The translations under genes and the position numbers were made by a program. A stretch of DNA of 63,846 bases, counting the filler, from Stramenopiles sp. TOSAG23-2 (Eukaryota), in NCBI GenBank assembly GCA_900128395.1. It is 8 parts of 8 records of this genome, joined end to end, with 100 filler letters (N's around TTAATTAATTAA, not from the genome) between each part and the next. Parts side by side here need not be neighbours in the genome. Positions count along the whole stretch, not along the records: positions 1 to 26,914 come from LT649425.1; positions 27,015 to 53,889 come from LT649426.1; 6 more parts are not named here. The stretch is one strand, 5' to 3'. The notes below the pieces were generated by a model, which saw only the letters and a list, made by a program, of their open reading frames with translations, was not told the DNA's origin and searched no databases. This document shows, in pieces, positions 21,237 to 33,000 of this stretch (within the stretch, counting starts at the first letter, position 1; every line of letters begins with the position of its first letter).

Positions 21237-23642
21237 ATGACGGAGCGAAAAGAAATAATAGGAAGTTTAACAGAATACAACCATGCACTCTCTGAATATT
21301 ATAAATTAAAGGAATTATTTGCAAAAGCAAAAATAAATTTAAGAATTGAAGAAAAAAAGGCAAAGGAGACTGGCAATCCAATCCTTCTTTACTCTGCGTT
21401 TAGTGATATATCCATTCACTCTATTGTGAATATTCTTGAATTATTGGAACCGTTTAGTTTATGTAAATTCATTGAAACTTCTTTGATCAAGCAATATTCT
21501 AATCAAACAAGCGGTGAAACGACTGTATCTTTGACATCAAAAATATGTAATAAATTGATCTCAAAGTATAAAAAAAACGTTTTTTCAGAAATGGAAAAAA
21601 AGTATCGGCAGCTATTATTCAAAGCATATCAAAAGGCGGAAAAAGAAAGATATCATAGATTCAACAATTTTTTTAATGGAAACGCTTTCTCCCCGTTTCT
21701 TATTGCATGTAGCTGGAAGGGCGCATCTAAGGATATCAGGAAATTTGTACAGTGTTGCCCAGCACCAATAAATGGTGGAGCTGGTGTTGCAAAGTCACCA
21801 AAACCTTTAATCGAAATGTTAACCCAGGAATCATATTGGTACGATGATTTGGAGCATTTTCGTATTATCAGGAAGAAAACAAATGCATTCAAGCTAGCAC
21901 TTGAAAATAATACAGAAAGTGATTTTATGTATCTGTTGAAACAGCCCAGTCTCGAACACCTACCCTGGATACAAATAAATGCGTTCAAAACAGCACTTAA
22001 GGCGAAGAAAACAAGTATTTGCATGCAGCTATTGAAACTTCCTGGTTTTGACACAACATTCTCCTCTGATGATATTCGTTTTACATTGTCGTGTCTATCA
22101 ACACAAATTAAGAAGTTTAAAAAAAACAAGGATGAAGCAGCTGTAACTGATTCTTGCTTGCTTTTTGAAACCATTTTAAATTTAAAAAAATGTACTACGG
22201 AAGTTCTTAATTCAAAGAATGAAAGTCAGAAAACCATATTAGATGGTGCTCCGTCTACATTCGCTTCAAAGTTAAAAGAAAAAGGTGCAAAAACAGAGGA
22301 GGAATTGTTTGTTGATAATTGCAAAGATATTCTGGAAGAAAAAAAATCAGCTCATATTATTAAAAGCGTATCATTTACACTAAAAAAAAGATACAAGGAA
22401 CGATATTGTGATACAGACTACAGTGTCCATTGCTATGATAAACGAAACTTTAAAAATAAGAGTATGTTCAATATAGCTTGTGAACTAGGCCATTTGAATA
22501 TTGTGAAATATTTAATTGAAAATCGAAATCAATATGAAAAGGTGTCCATTTCTGCGCGTACTATTCCTACGAATACTATAGCAAAAAGACTTAAAGCGCG
22601 CAAAATGACAGTAACAGATTTTATTACTCTTAATACTTGGTGGTATAAAGGAGATGGTTGTGAATTATATGAAAATGACGGTGTCAATGGATTAATGGCG
22701 GCAGCTGAAAATGGTCGAAGCAATATTGTAGAATATTTATTATCCTTGGATGGAGTAGGTGACTTAATTCCTGCTGTTGATTCTTATGGACGCACGGTAT
22801 TGCATTTTGCAGCTGGTAGTAAAAAATGGCGCGGCGGAAGTATAGCAAAGATATTACAATTATTATTAACACATGACAAATGCACATTAGATGCTGTTCT
22901 TAATTTGAAAATGGTACACCAGGGTAATGTATGGCATGAAGCGGCGGGAGAAACGGTATTAGGTTGTTTAGAATCCAGAGGAAGAGGTCGCAATAAATAT
23001 AATCCAGAATATAAACTGTTAAAACAGTATGGCGCTTTAACATGCTATGAGATCGAGCAGAACGCATATGCAGAAGCTATCCGTACCGGTGATGCTTGTG
23101 CAGTACATCGTTATCATGAAGATGAAGATACAACTGTATTTATAACTTTATGTGTTGAAGGAAAATTAGAGGCAATAAAATGTTTATATGATAATTATAA
23201 TAAATTAAAAGCGGGGCTACCACAAGACATTGCCTGTAGCAACAAAAAAGCTTTTATAAATCAATTAGGTCGTTGCCCAAACTACGCTTGTGAAAATAAA
23301 CACTCAGGCTTAATGTTCGCTGCGAAGAATGGGCATTTGAATGTTGTTAAATATTTCCTAAGTTTAAAGGAGATTGATTTAAATGTAGTTGATAATAACG
23401 GGTACACTGTATTGGTGTATATATGTGGAAATAGTGTGCAAGAACATCATCAAGAAATTTTAACTGCCATATTAAATCATAAGCAATGCACATTGGCAAT
23501 GATCAATAAGAAATTTTATGCCAACAATAGTCATGGACAAACCGTTTTAGATTTTTGTTTACAACGTCAATTTACAAATAAAATACATATGAATGCTCAA
23601 GCAGAACTTTTAAAAAGTAAAGGTGCAAAACATTCTCGATGA
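21237..23642 (+). CDS. Ankyrin-repeat protein
   Basis: IACELGHLNIVKYLI, LMAAAENGRSNIVEYLL, GRTVLHFAA, LMFAAKNGHLNVVKYFL. Confidence 0.85.
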   Translation: MTERKEIIGSLTEYNHALSEYYKLKELFAKAKINLRIEEKKAKETGNPILLYSAFSDISIHSIVNILELLEPFSLCKFIETSLIKQYSNQTSGETTVSLTSKICNKLISKYKKNVFSEMEKKYRQLLFKAYQKAEKERYHRFNNFFNGNAFSPFLIACSWKGASKDIRKFVQCCPAPINGGAGVAKSPKPLIEMLTQESYWYDDLEHFRIIRKKTNAFKLALENNTESDFMYLLKQPSLEHLPWIQINAFKTALKAKKTSICMQLLKLPGFDTTFSSDDIRFTLSCLSTQIKKFKKNKDEAAVTDSCLLFETILNLKKCTTEVLNSKNESQKTILDGAPSTFASKLKEKGAKTEEELFVDNCKDILEEKKSAHIIKSVSFTLKKRYKERYCDTDYSVHCYDKRNFKNKSMFNIACELGHLNIVKYLIENRNQYEKVSISARTIPTNTIAKRLKARKMTVTDFITLNTWWYKGDGCELYENDGVNGLMAAAENGRSNIVEYLLSLDGVGDLIPAVDSYGRTVLHFAAGSKKWRGGSIAKILQLLLTHDKCTLDAVLNLKMVHQGNVWHEAAGETVLGCLESRGRGRNKYNPEYKLLKQYGALTCYEIEQNAYAEAIRTGDACAVHRYHEDEDTTVFITLCVEGKLEAIKCLYDNYNKLKAGLPQDIACSNKKAFINQLGRCPNYACENKHSGLMFAAKNGHLNVVKYFLSLKEIDLNVVDNNGYTVLVYICGNSVQEHHQEILTAILNHKQCTLAMINKKFYANNSHGQTVLDFCLQRQFTNKIHMNAQAELLKSKGAKHSR

Positions 23643-23716
23643 ATTAAGATTTTACAATAGTTGTATGGTAGAGAAAAGGACAAAAAAACGTGTGTGGAAA
23701 TAAAAGAAAAAGAGAA

Positions 23717-23788
23717 GGTCCATACCGAGAATCGAACTCGGGACCACACCCACCCTAAGAGTGTATCATACCACTAGACCACATGGAC
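23717..23788 (-). tRNA. tRNA-Pro(AGG), intronless
   Basis: Minus strand GTCCATG TGGTCTAGTGGTATGAT A CACTC TT AGG GT GGGTG TGGTC CCGAG TTCGATT CTCGG TATGGAC C; all stems pair; T-run downstream. Confidence 0.95.
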
Positions 23789-24031
23789 TTTGTGCGTTAA
23801 AAATACATTTATATATATATGACTTTCGTCATAATGTTGTCTTATGTGTTGAAACTTTTTACTAAAATTAGTATTTATATACACTTATTTAAATTAGCAT
23901 GGGAATATCATATAGCATAAACACAGCATTCTCTGCCTATTATTATTCTCGTACTTTTTTTTTTATACACAGGATTATTCTAAAATTGTAGAAATACATA
24001 CAAAGTAGTAGTAATAGTATCAACGAACATT

Positions 24032-25972
24032 ATGTCAACAGAAAAGAAACCAGAAATATTAAATGGTAAAAGAAAGCGTAAACCTAGACGTGTATTGCAA
24101 ATGCATATGGGTTCGTCTAGATCGTATGGTTTTGCAGATGAGGAAGAAGAAACAACCAGTAAAAAAAGCAAAAAACAAATATCATCCCCAAAAAGGATGA
24201 GTACTCGTAATGGCGGTACACGGAATAAAAATGAGATTACTCTAGCATCACCTTTAGTAAATAAAAAACCAAATAGTAAAAATAGTAGTAAAAATATAAA
24301 AAAGAGTTTGACGGGACCAAAAAGTAGGAAAACTAGGAATAATAATAGTAAAAAAAACAGTGTGGCAGAGGAATCTGACGTAGAAGGTACAGAAGAAGAT
24401 GATGAAGAGTCTGCTGGGGAATCATCTGAAGAATCGGATGATGAATCAGAGGAAGATTCCGACGAAGATTCTGATGATGACGACGACGATGAAGAAGAAG
24501 AGAAGGAAGTAAAAAAAAAAGTTAGAAAAAGAGCTCCTGGTGCTGGGCGTCCAAGGAAATATCCACTTGATCATACTAAAAACAATATCAAGAAATCAAA
24601 ACAAATTTCAATATTGAAAAATAAAGCATTACCGCCTTTGGAATCTGGTGATTCAAATGGAAATGGGAATAGTCATGATATGATGAATGTTAACAGTCAT
24701 GATGATGATATTGGTGAAAATAGTGAATTAAAATCAACCAATCGCAAAAGTATTATCAATAATAATAATAATGATAATAGTAAGCAGCATAAAAGTTATA
24801 CTAGTAAAAAAGCAAGATTTTCAATAAGTCCCTTGAGCCGTCGTAGCCCTGATAGTGGTGGGAAAAAAAGCCGTATGATGGATCATGCCCCTAAACACCA
24901 TGCATTTTCTGTACAAACCGTTTTAAAATTAGTACCTGGGATGGATGATAGTAGTAATAATAATAATACAGGTAACCATCAACAAAATATGATTAATTTA
25001 TTGAATACAGATAAAAATTTGACACAATGGAATTGCCATGCTTGTGGTGATTTAAATCGCTCGGATCAAGATATTTGTTCAATGTGTTTTACGATTCGTG
25101 AAATTAATATTCATCAGTTCGATCATACTGGTAATATTACTAAATTAGCAGTTATAGATTCTGGGAATAATAATAGTACAAATGTAGACAAGGAGATAGC
25201 AGCAATTACACCGCCTAGAAACGATGGCGATAATCAGGTTACTACACCAACGACAGAATGGAGGACATCGGAGACATTTATTCGATGGTGGCGTCGTGGT
25301 TTAATGACAGCGTTGCAATACAAATTGCCATTGTTATCTCCCCCAGTAAGCAGCCAACCAACATTTCGTCATCAAAACAATGGACTTGAAAATACACTTT
25401 CAATACAACCACGTGTAGCAAAATTAGGTCAAGACAAATGGGTACAGTGCAATATGTGCTTAAAATACCGTCGCTTACCTGCATCCGTTCGTATTAGTGA
25501 CCTTCCAAAAATGTGGTTTTGCCGGTACAATAAATACGATCGAAAACATGCAGATTGCCGTGCATCTGAGGAACCATTTACATATTACGACCATGATGTC
25601 AAAGAATTAAGCGATGACCACGATACATTGGCATTTTTAGATAAATTGAGACATTATTATGATGTTACTGGAAAAGTCGTACGTTTACGATCATTAACTT
25701 TAGGTGGTCGAGAATTGAGTTTGTACCGTCTATACAATGAAGTACAAGCACGTGGTGGTTGTGCACAAGTCATGTCAGAAAAAGGTACGTGGGCAAAGAT
25801 ATTTCGCGCCCTTGAAAATTATTCCAAAACAGAAACTAGTGCGAGTTTTCGTTTGAAAAATATATATCGCAAATATTTATTGGAATATGAAAATCATCAA
25901 CGTGCATTAGCAACTGCTAATAACGAACCATTACCAAGTGAATGTGCTGCACCTATTACTATGATGACGTGA
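24032..25972 (+). CDS. Chromatin protein with AT-hook, RanBP2-type Zn finger, CW Zn finger and ARID domain
   Basis: GRPRKY; WNCHACGDLN...CSMCFT; KWVQCNMCLKYRRLP...WFC...C; LGGRELSLYRLYNEVQARGG...W...LKNIYRKYLLEYE. Confidence 0.88.
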   Translation: MSTEKKPEILNGKRKRKPRRVLQMHMGSSRSYGFADEEEETTSKKSKKQISSPKRMSTRNGGTRNKNEITLASPLVNKKPNSKNSSKNIKKSLTGPKSRKTRNNNSKKNSVAEESDVEGTEEDDEESAGESSEESDDESEEDSDEDSDDDDDDEEEEKEVKKKVRKRAPGAGRPRKYPLDHTKNNIKKSKQISILKNKALPPLESGDSNGNGNSHDMMNVNSHDDDIGENSELKSTNRKSIINNNNNDNSKQHKSYTSKKARFSISPLSRRSPDSGGKKSRMMDHAPKHHAFSVQTVLKLVPGMDDSSNNNNTGNHQQNMINLLNTDKNLTQWNCHACGDLNRSDQDICSMCFTIREINIHQFDHTGNITKLAVIDSGNNNSTNVDKEIAAITPPRNDGDNQVTTPTTEWRTSETFIRWWRRGLMTALQYKLPLLSPPVSSQPTFRHQNNGLENTLSIQPRVAKLGQDKWVQCNMCLKYRRLPASVRISDLPKMWFCRYNKYDRKHADCRASEEPFTYYDHDVKELSDDHDTLAFLDKLRHYYDVTGKVVRLRSLTLGGRELSLYRLYNEVQARGGCAQVMSEKGTWAKIFRALENYSKTETSASFRLKNIYRKYLLEYENHQRALATANNEPLPSECAAPITMMT

Positions 25973-26914
25973 AGAGAATAATGTAATTATTAATTTTACA
26001 AAAAATTACACGTTTGCGTATATATAAAATGTACGTAAAAAGATATTGTGGTGGGCGTGTTTGTGTGTGTACAAACATACTGAAATATATTTTATGCTCA
26101 TGTGTAGTAGATTGTAGAAAAGAAGAAAGGAACGCGCATGTGGTGGGCGTGTTTGTGTGTGTACAAACATACTGAAATATATTTTATGCTCATGTGTAGT
26201 AGATTGTAGAAAAGAAGAAAGGAACGCGCAAGGGGCTCTTGTTATGTGTTAAATATACAGTATATATAATATGAAGTGTACTAGACGGTTTTAATAAAAA
26301 AATATTCATATTATTAGATTATTTTTTATTTTATTTTTATTTTACCTTCATTGGTGTAATAATTCGTATTAATCTTTATTTGATAGGTGATCTGCATATA
26401 CTAATTTCCCTGAGGTGAAAAATACTCCCTTCATAAGTCACATCCTTTAATCAATCTATATTTTTTTGTATCTTCGTTATCCAACTTAATACGATATCTG
26501 CAAAAAAGTGCATTTCAGAAGATATATATCGGTAATTATAAGAAATAAGACTACAACAAGTACCTCGGGGATTTTAACTATTGATATTTGCAATGCTAAT
26601 AGCTAATATATGAGGAGTTCTTGAATGGTATTGAAACCCATAATATTCATCATTATATTTATAGTGATTTAGATTATCAGCGAAAACACGGTTAAGGTAT
26701 TAATAACAATTTAGGATATAATATTTTTCTAAATTCTAAATCGAGGGTGGAATTATTTTTTAAATTAAGGCACACAAAATGAATAAATAGAATATATATA
26801 TATGTATATAATTTAAATTGAAACAATACAATCAAGGTACATTGAATATATAATATATAATATATATAAGATCAATCTTCCGTTGTATTTTGTATTCATC
26901 TAATTGAATTTTTT

Positions 26915-27014
26915 NNNNNNNNNNNNNNNNNNNNNNNNNNNNNNNNNNNNNNNNNNNNTTAATTAATTAANNNNNNNNNNNNNNNNNNNNNNNNNNNNNN
27001 NNNNNNNNNNNNNN
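26915..27014. other. Artificial contig-joining spacer N-TTAATTAATTAA-N; also at 53890-53989, 55551-55650, 57211-57310, 58871-58970, 60531-60630, 62190-62289
   Basis: Seven 100-nt spacers, each with a six-frame stop linker; the intervening pieces are in descending length. Confidence 0.97.
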
Positions 27015-27015
27015 T

Positions 27016-30000
27016 GTTTTAAGTGTTTATGGAAATAGTCAAGAAATTTGTTTAGGCGTTGAGCCGCGTTTGAATTTGATAAAAAATTTTGTACAACTCC
27101 TATTAGAAATAGAACATGAAGAATTAAATGTTATGATCTTCAAATCAATTGAAATATTAGCAACAGGATATTCATATACCCCAAAAGAGGCAGTTAAGGA
27201 AGCTGCAAATGTTATTGTAGAAATTTTTCAAAATATTTCGTCTGGTAGTAATAAACATAATTTAAAAGATGCTCTTAAGCTTTTAAAATCGTTTGCTTCA
27301 CTTGTTGGTCATCTTGTGGAATACGATAATAATTATTATGATATGTTAATTGAGATTAACATTGTTTCAAGCTTTATATATCCATTAATGGATATAACTT
27401 GGAAAGAAAATACAAGTAATAGTAAAGATGATGATGATAACAATATTAACAACAATAAGGATAATGAATTTGATATGAAAAATTTTGTGAACGAAATAAT
27501 AGAAAATATTGTAAATGAAACTATAAATATGAAAACAAACGTTATTGATGTCGAGAATAATATGCATGAGAAGAATAGCTTAATTGATGAATCCTTTTAT
27601 AAATTGTTTTATGAAGGAATATTCTATTTGTTAACACAATTCGCTACTAGAAATAATGTCTTGTTAGATAAACTTTTGTCTCCAACATGTTGTAATTTAT
27701 ATAGGGGTAGCTTATCTCACCATTTTAAAACATTTATGATACGCAAAAAGAAAGGACCTATAAATAAAATAATCGATGTTTCGCCATATACCATAGGTCC
27801 ATGCCTAATGTTTTTAGAAAAATTAGTAGTTCAATCAAGTAAACATTTAGAGACTGTTTTGACCATGCTGCTACAAATCGTCCAGGATATGCAACTATCT
27901 AGTAAAGCTTTTGCCATAAATATTTTAGAGACAATATCATATATGATTTCAACAGCTAGAAGAGGGCGTAATATCTTTTGTCAAGTGTATGGTTTTGAAA
28001 CATGTCTATCTCTTTTCACTAGATTTTTAGGTGATTTTACAAATAATTACAATGATAATGATAATAACACTATCCAAGATAAAGAAGGGAAAAGTCTATT
28101 TTTTACCTCGTTAATAGTGAAAATATTACAAACGTTTACAGTAGCGATGGATGGGCCGCATACATTCAATAGAAGGCATTTTAACGAAAACATTAACTAT
28201 CATTCCATACTTGAGCCACTTCGACTATCAAATATTTTAAAAAGCAATTTTGGAAAAGATATTATCAACGCTTTGCTATATATGCTTGCGGGTGATAGCA
28301 GTTTTCAACGCATTAATAATAGAAATATACATGTTAGTTCCAATGATGATGCTAATATATTTAAAATCAACAACTGGGATAGCAATAACAATAATGATAA
28401 TAATAGTAATGAAAATAATAATGTAAATGAGACATCACTAAAACTGTTAAATAATAGTATATTAGAATATTCAAAGATGGCAATGTCGATGAATTACAGT
28501 GTACTTTTTATCATTTTCAATGCAATAGTCCATATTTCTCCAAAGGAAGATGCTATGAAATTATTGCAACAAATTAGGAAAATTCTTACATTAACAGGTC
28601 CATTAGCTCGAGAGTCTGCGTCTATTGCTGGGTCTGTAGCCTGGGCAATGGAAGCACTTGATGGTGTCAAGGATGTAGATCTAATAAAAGAGCTAGTCAG
28701 CCTAATTGGCTTGGTTGCTAAGCATGGTACTACTCCATATGAAATTCGCCACGTTTTGAAACTGGTACAAAATTCCGATGAAAAACCAATTCTATCGAAA
28801 TTGATGCTAAGTTTGTTGAAAGATATGTCGGCATTATCATATGCGCCTTTTGTAACTTTTGGAAAAGATCCATCAAAAGATGATCTTCCAGCGTATGGTA
28901 AAATTTCAAACTTTGGAGAATGGACGTGGCCACCAAAGGAAGGTATGTCAGTTTCTTGCTGGATTCGTATTGTCAATGACCATGGAATTAACAGCCCTGA
29001 TAAGTCGAAAGAAAAAATATGCCTTATCAATGTTTATGATAGCCAAAATAATACCATATTTGCTGTTCATTTGGGCAGAGAAGATATTACATTTGTCAAT
29101 GGCACCGCAAGTTCCCAAGAAATTGCATATTTTCGACATGATTCATCAATGTTTAAAGACCACGATTGGCATCATATATTAATAACTCATCAACGAGAGA
29201 GAAAAAGTAGAATGAATGCTTTTTGGAAGTCAAATGAAGGCACTGTCATCGTTTATATCGATGGTGTACAATGTAAATCTGACGAATCATCTCTTCCGTT
29301 CTCAACAAGTGGCGTAAAAAACGGTAAATTAGGAGTGTTGTCGGGTATAATTGGCTCGGAAAACAAAAGTTTGACTCAGCGTTATTGGCATTTAGGTCCA
29401 ACTATTGTAAGCTTGGAACCGTTTTCACAAGAGATTGTTTTGCGTATTTACCTAGCAGGTCCTAACCAAATCTCATGTTTCCGTGGCGCAACAGTATATC
29501 CAAGTCCGCTTGGTGTTTACGTTAATCTATTACAAAAAATCGGACGTAATGAAAAATCGACGGAAGAAGTGTTGACGGTCCTTGGTTTATATAATAAAAA
29601 CAGTGCAGATACTTTAGCAAAAATTAAAGCTATCCAGGAAATTGTTTTAAATCCAGATGCTATAGTCCTTTTTTATGTAGCTAGTGAAACGAAGAAGGTT
29701 GATATGGCGTTTGCTAGCGGTGCAAATGTAAAACAAAATTTCATGGTATCAAACATGGCAATCGATAGCTACGGTATAAGGTCACGACGCGGAATATTCC
29801 AATTGAAAGGTGGCGCCTTTCCAAATCGCCCGCATGCTTTGTGTACGTGGCTTCGATCTGTAGAAGGTGTCATATCACTATTTCCATTAATTGATAAAAC
29901 TCTTGTATATAGTGACAGCAGTACTGATCATGATACTAATAAAGAATTGTTTCTACACACTCTTTCTTTAGTTGTTAATATGTCATCATCAGATTGTTGT

Positions 30001-33000
30001 GCAGATAGCATTAGCGAGTTAGAGGCGTCAAATGGATATGCAATACTTGCCTATTTTCTTGCCCAAGGAAGTGAACTGGGATACATTAATACTCAAGTTA
30101 TGAATTTGTTATTTCAATTATGCGCAGGTCCAAAGGATACAAATAACAAGAATAGAATAGCAGCAAACATAGATTGTATACGATTGATTTTGTTCAACAC
30201 CATAATCTTTACAAACAGCCCCATATATTCATCGCTTCGCGTTAGTATTTTAAGATTTATTTTAGGTCTCGTGCAAAAAGAAAATGCACTTAATAATTTG
30301 AAACAAAACGATGAGTTTCTCAATTTAAATGCATCTTATAATGTACTACGGTTGTTAGAAGCAGATGGAATAAAATGGCTCCTTCATACTTCATTGCGTG
30401 ATGCTCATACGATCGCCTCTTTAATTGACAACGATAAGCAAAATGGCAATTCAAACGGAAAGGATATCAATAATTTACTTGACTCTTACGATATTGTTGA
30501 AGATATTTTGTATGAATTGTTACGTGCTAGAGGGGAGATCAATGATTTGTTTTACATTGCAGAATTTTTGATTTCATCTGTGCATACAAATATGGCACAT
30601 ATATCTTTTCCTTACAGCGGAACAGGAGTTTTGCATCAGCATCGCGAAAATTTATCTATTGGATATGAAAGGTATCAAAACATTTTACTGAATATACTTT
30701 TAAAAATGGTCCATGGGGATACTATGACAAAAGAACCTTTGAAAGTCGCTCATAGTACTGATGCTAATGATGCTGAACGGAAATCACCTTCCATAGAATC
30801 GTCCATATTGTCGACATTGTCTTCAATGCAATCTATGATGCCGCCTGCGCCATCACTTTCAAGTACGTCTAACTCAAGATCGAGTAGTGGTGATACCAAT
30901 AACAAGAAGAGAAATAAAAAGCATGCAGAAGACACTACAAAACGATTGTATACCATTTATGAGCAAGTATTTTTTGAGCAATACAACATGTGGTTTCTAT
31001 GTTTAATGGATCGTGCTGAATCGACAGAGGTCATTTCCTTAGCCTTTAGATTGTTTATTGAAATTTTGCAAAACACTGAATCAAATACCCAGGAACGACA
31101 TATTCAATTCATGTTGCTTCAATTCGAATATGCACTAACCCAACATTGCCATTCATTTGATATTTATATATTATTGATAGCCTTTTTAGTTGGGGTTCCG
31201 GTAAAAATGTTGCCTCAAAACATGTTTGAATCTATGTCAGCAGTTGATGTAACTTCTATTTTGAATCAGTTTAAAGCGGCAAGTGCCGCCACGGAGACAT
31301 CTATAAATATCTTGAAAGATGAAGATGCTAATGCAATTATGTCCATGATTAGCAATTTATTACGAGAACATTTGAGAAAAGCGACGTTTCCTGAGTATAA
31401 TAAAACTTACGGTGGCTCGCCGAAACGAACCGTGTTCCATCGCCGTGGTGGATCAACTGATAGTGGATATTATGGAGAAAATGATGAAGAGACTACTACT
31501 GATGATGATGATCAAAATCAACGAAATACAGATATTTTGAATGAAGATACTAATCGTTTTAATAATCAAAATGGCGAGAATGAAATTGCTTCGCTGATGG
31601 CTCATATTTTTCTCTCTTTAATGGAAGAAGATGACAAGTTTAAAAGCAGGTGCGCCTCCGCTTCGTTTATGAGGCACATTGTGAAATTCATATTCAGTTG
31701 TGCCTCTCAAAATGATGCTTCGGTAATGCGTGCCAATTCTAATGGAAAAATATTTTCAATAAAAATTATTGAGCAATATGTTGATGACGCTCGAGAGGAC
31801 ATTAGTGTTACAGAGGGTGAAGATAACGTTGAAAATGATACAACACGTACAAAACTCACGTCATCACGATTATCAAGTCGAGGTTCCGAAATATCTGCGT
31901 ATGAAAATGTTTTCTCTGGTCGAATAGCCGATACTCTATTTGAATTAATTGGACAGGTTACGGAAGCGTACATTCTAGGTGATGTTTCTAGCAATGGGGA
32001 AAAGACCATGTCAATCGGTCTTGGAACACGTGTATGCCTCATGATTTTGGATGCATTTCCTTCATATGCTCCACAACATTTGATTCGCGCATATCAACTA
32101 CGTACCTTGCGCGTGTTGCATAGTAAACTTGGTCAAACTTTAAGTTCTTTGCGATTTGATTGGTTGCATAATGATTTTTTTATTCCACAATTGCAACAAC
32201 TATGTGAAGAAATTGTAAAAAAAGCTATGTATGGGTGGTTTGAAGGATGTGAACATGTCGTTCTGTTATTTTTATTCGACTGTTTACAATGTGCACAAAA
32301 ACTTTCAAATGTCCAAAAATTGGATGTGAAACGACGTAAAAATATGGTTCAATCTATATCTTCATCCGTCTATGCTTTTATTTGTTTCACGTTACAGCAA
32401 TATAGTGATGATTTCGAGGGTGAAAACATTTGCAAAACGTTAAAATTAATAGGCGAAAACTCACAATTTCTTAATCTTGTGAATGTGAACCGAAGAAAAC
32501 TAAGTGATGCAGAAAGAAGCAATACTATCAGCGGCATATATGTAGGTAGATCACGTGGATCATCCAACGCGTCATCGACAGTAGTTTCTGGAACATCACC
32601 ATCTACATTTCAAAAGTTTATGTCAACGGACAGCATGTTTGTCAACTCTTCCTTTTCGCACAAAGATTTTCTCCATTGTTTTTGTTATCTATCATACAAA
32701 ATACTTGAATTAGATTGTGCAGAGTCTCGTGAGCTTGTAAAAATTTGGAAAGATATGTTTAAATTCAATCATTTTGAGATGATTGAGCTGATTGGGTCAT
32801 CTACTGCAAGTCCAAAACAAAATTCAACCAACAAAAGGCGTAAGTCAGAAATGGCACAACGTGATTTATATGCGGAAGGCTTTCATTTATTAGTAGAAGA
32901 TGCAAAGGATGAGTTATTTCTTGAATGGATTCGACGTCTGAAGAACCACGAAGATCTAATTCTGAGAGATATTATAACAAAAACGACTGCAAAAGCTTGG

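Noticed and set aside
26340-26660. Minus-strand coding-like stretch downstream of the ARID gene
   Set aside because: Multiple stops and no recognisable motif; not supportable.
1-26914. Intact endogenous giant virus, Polinton or virophage
   Set aside because: No capsid, packaging ATPase, PolB, integrase or paired TIRs; most genes are eukaryotic housekeeping genes.
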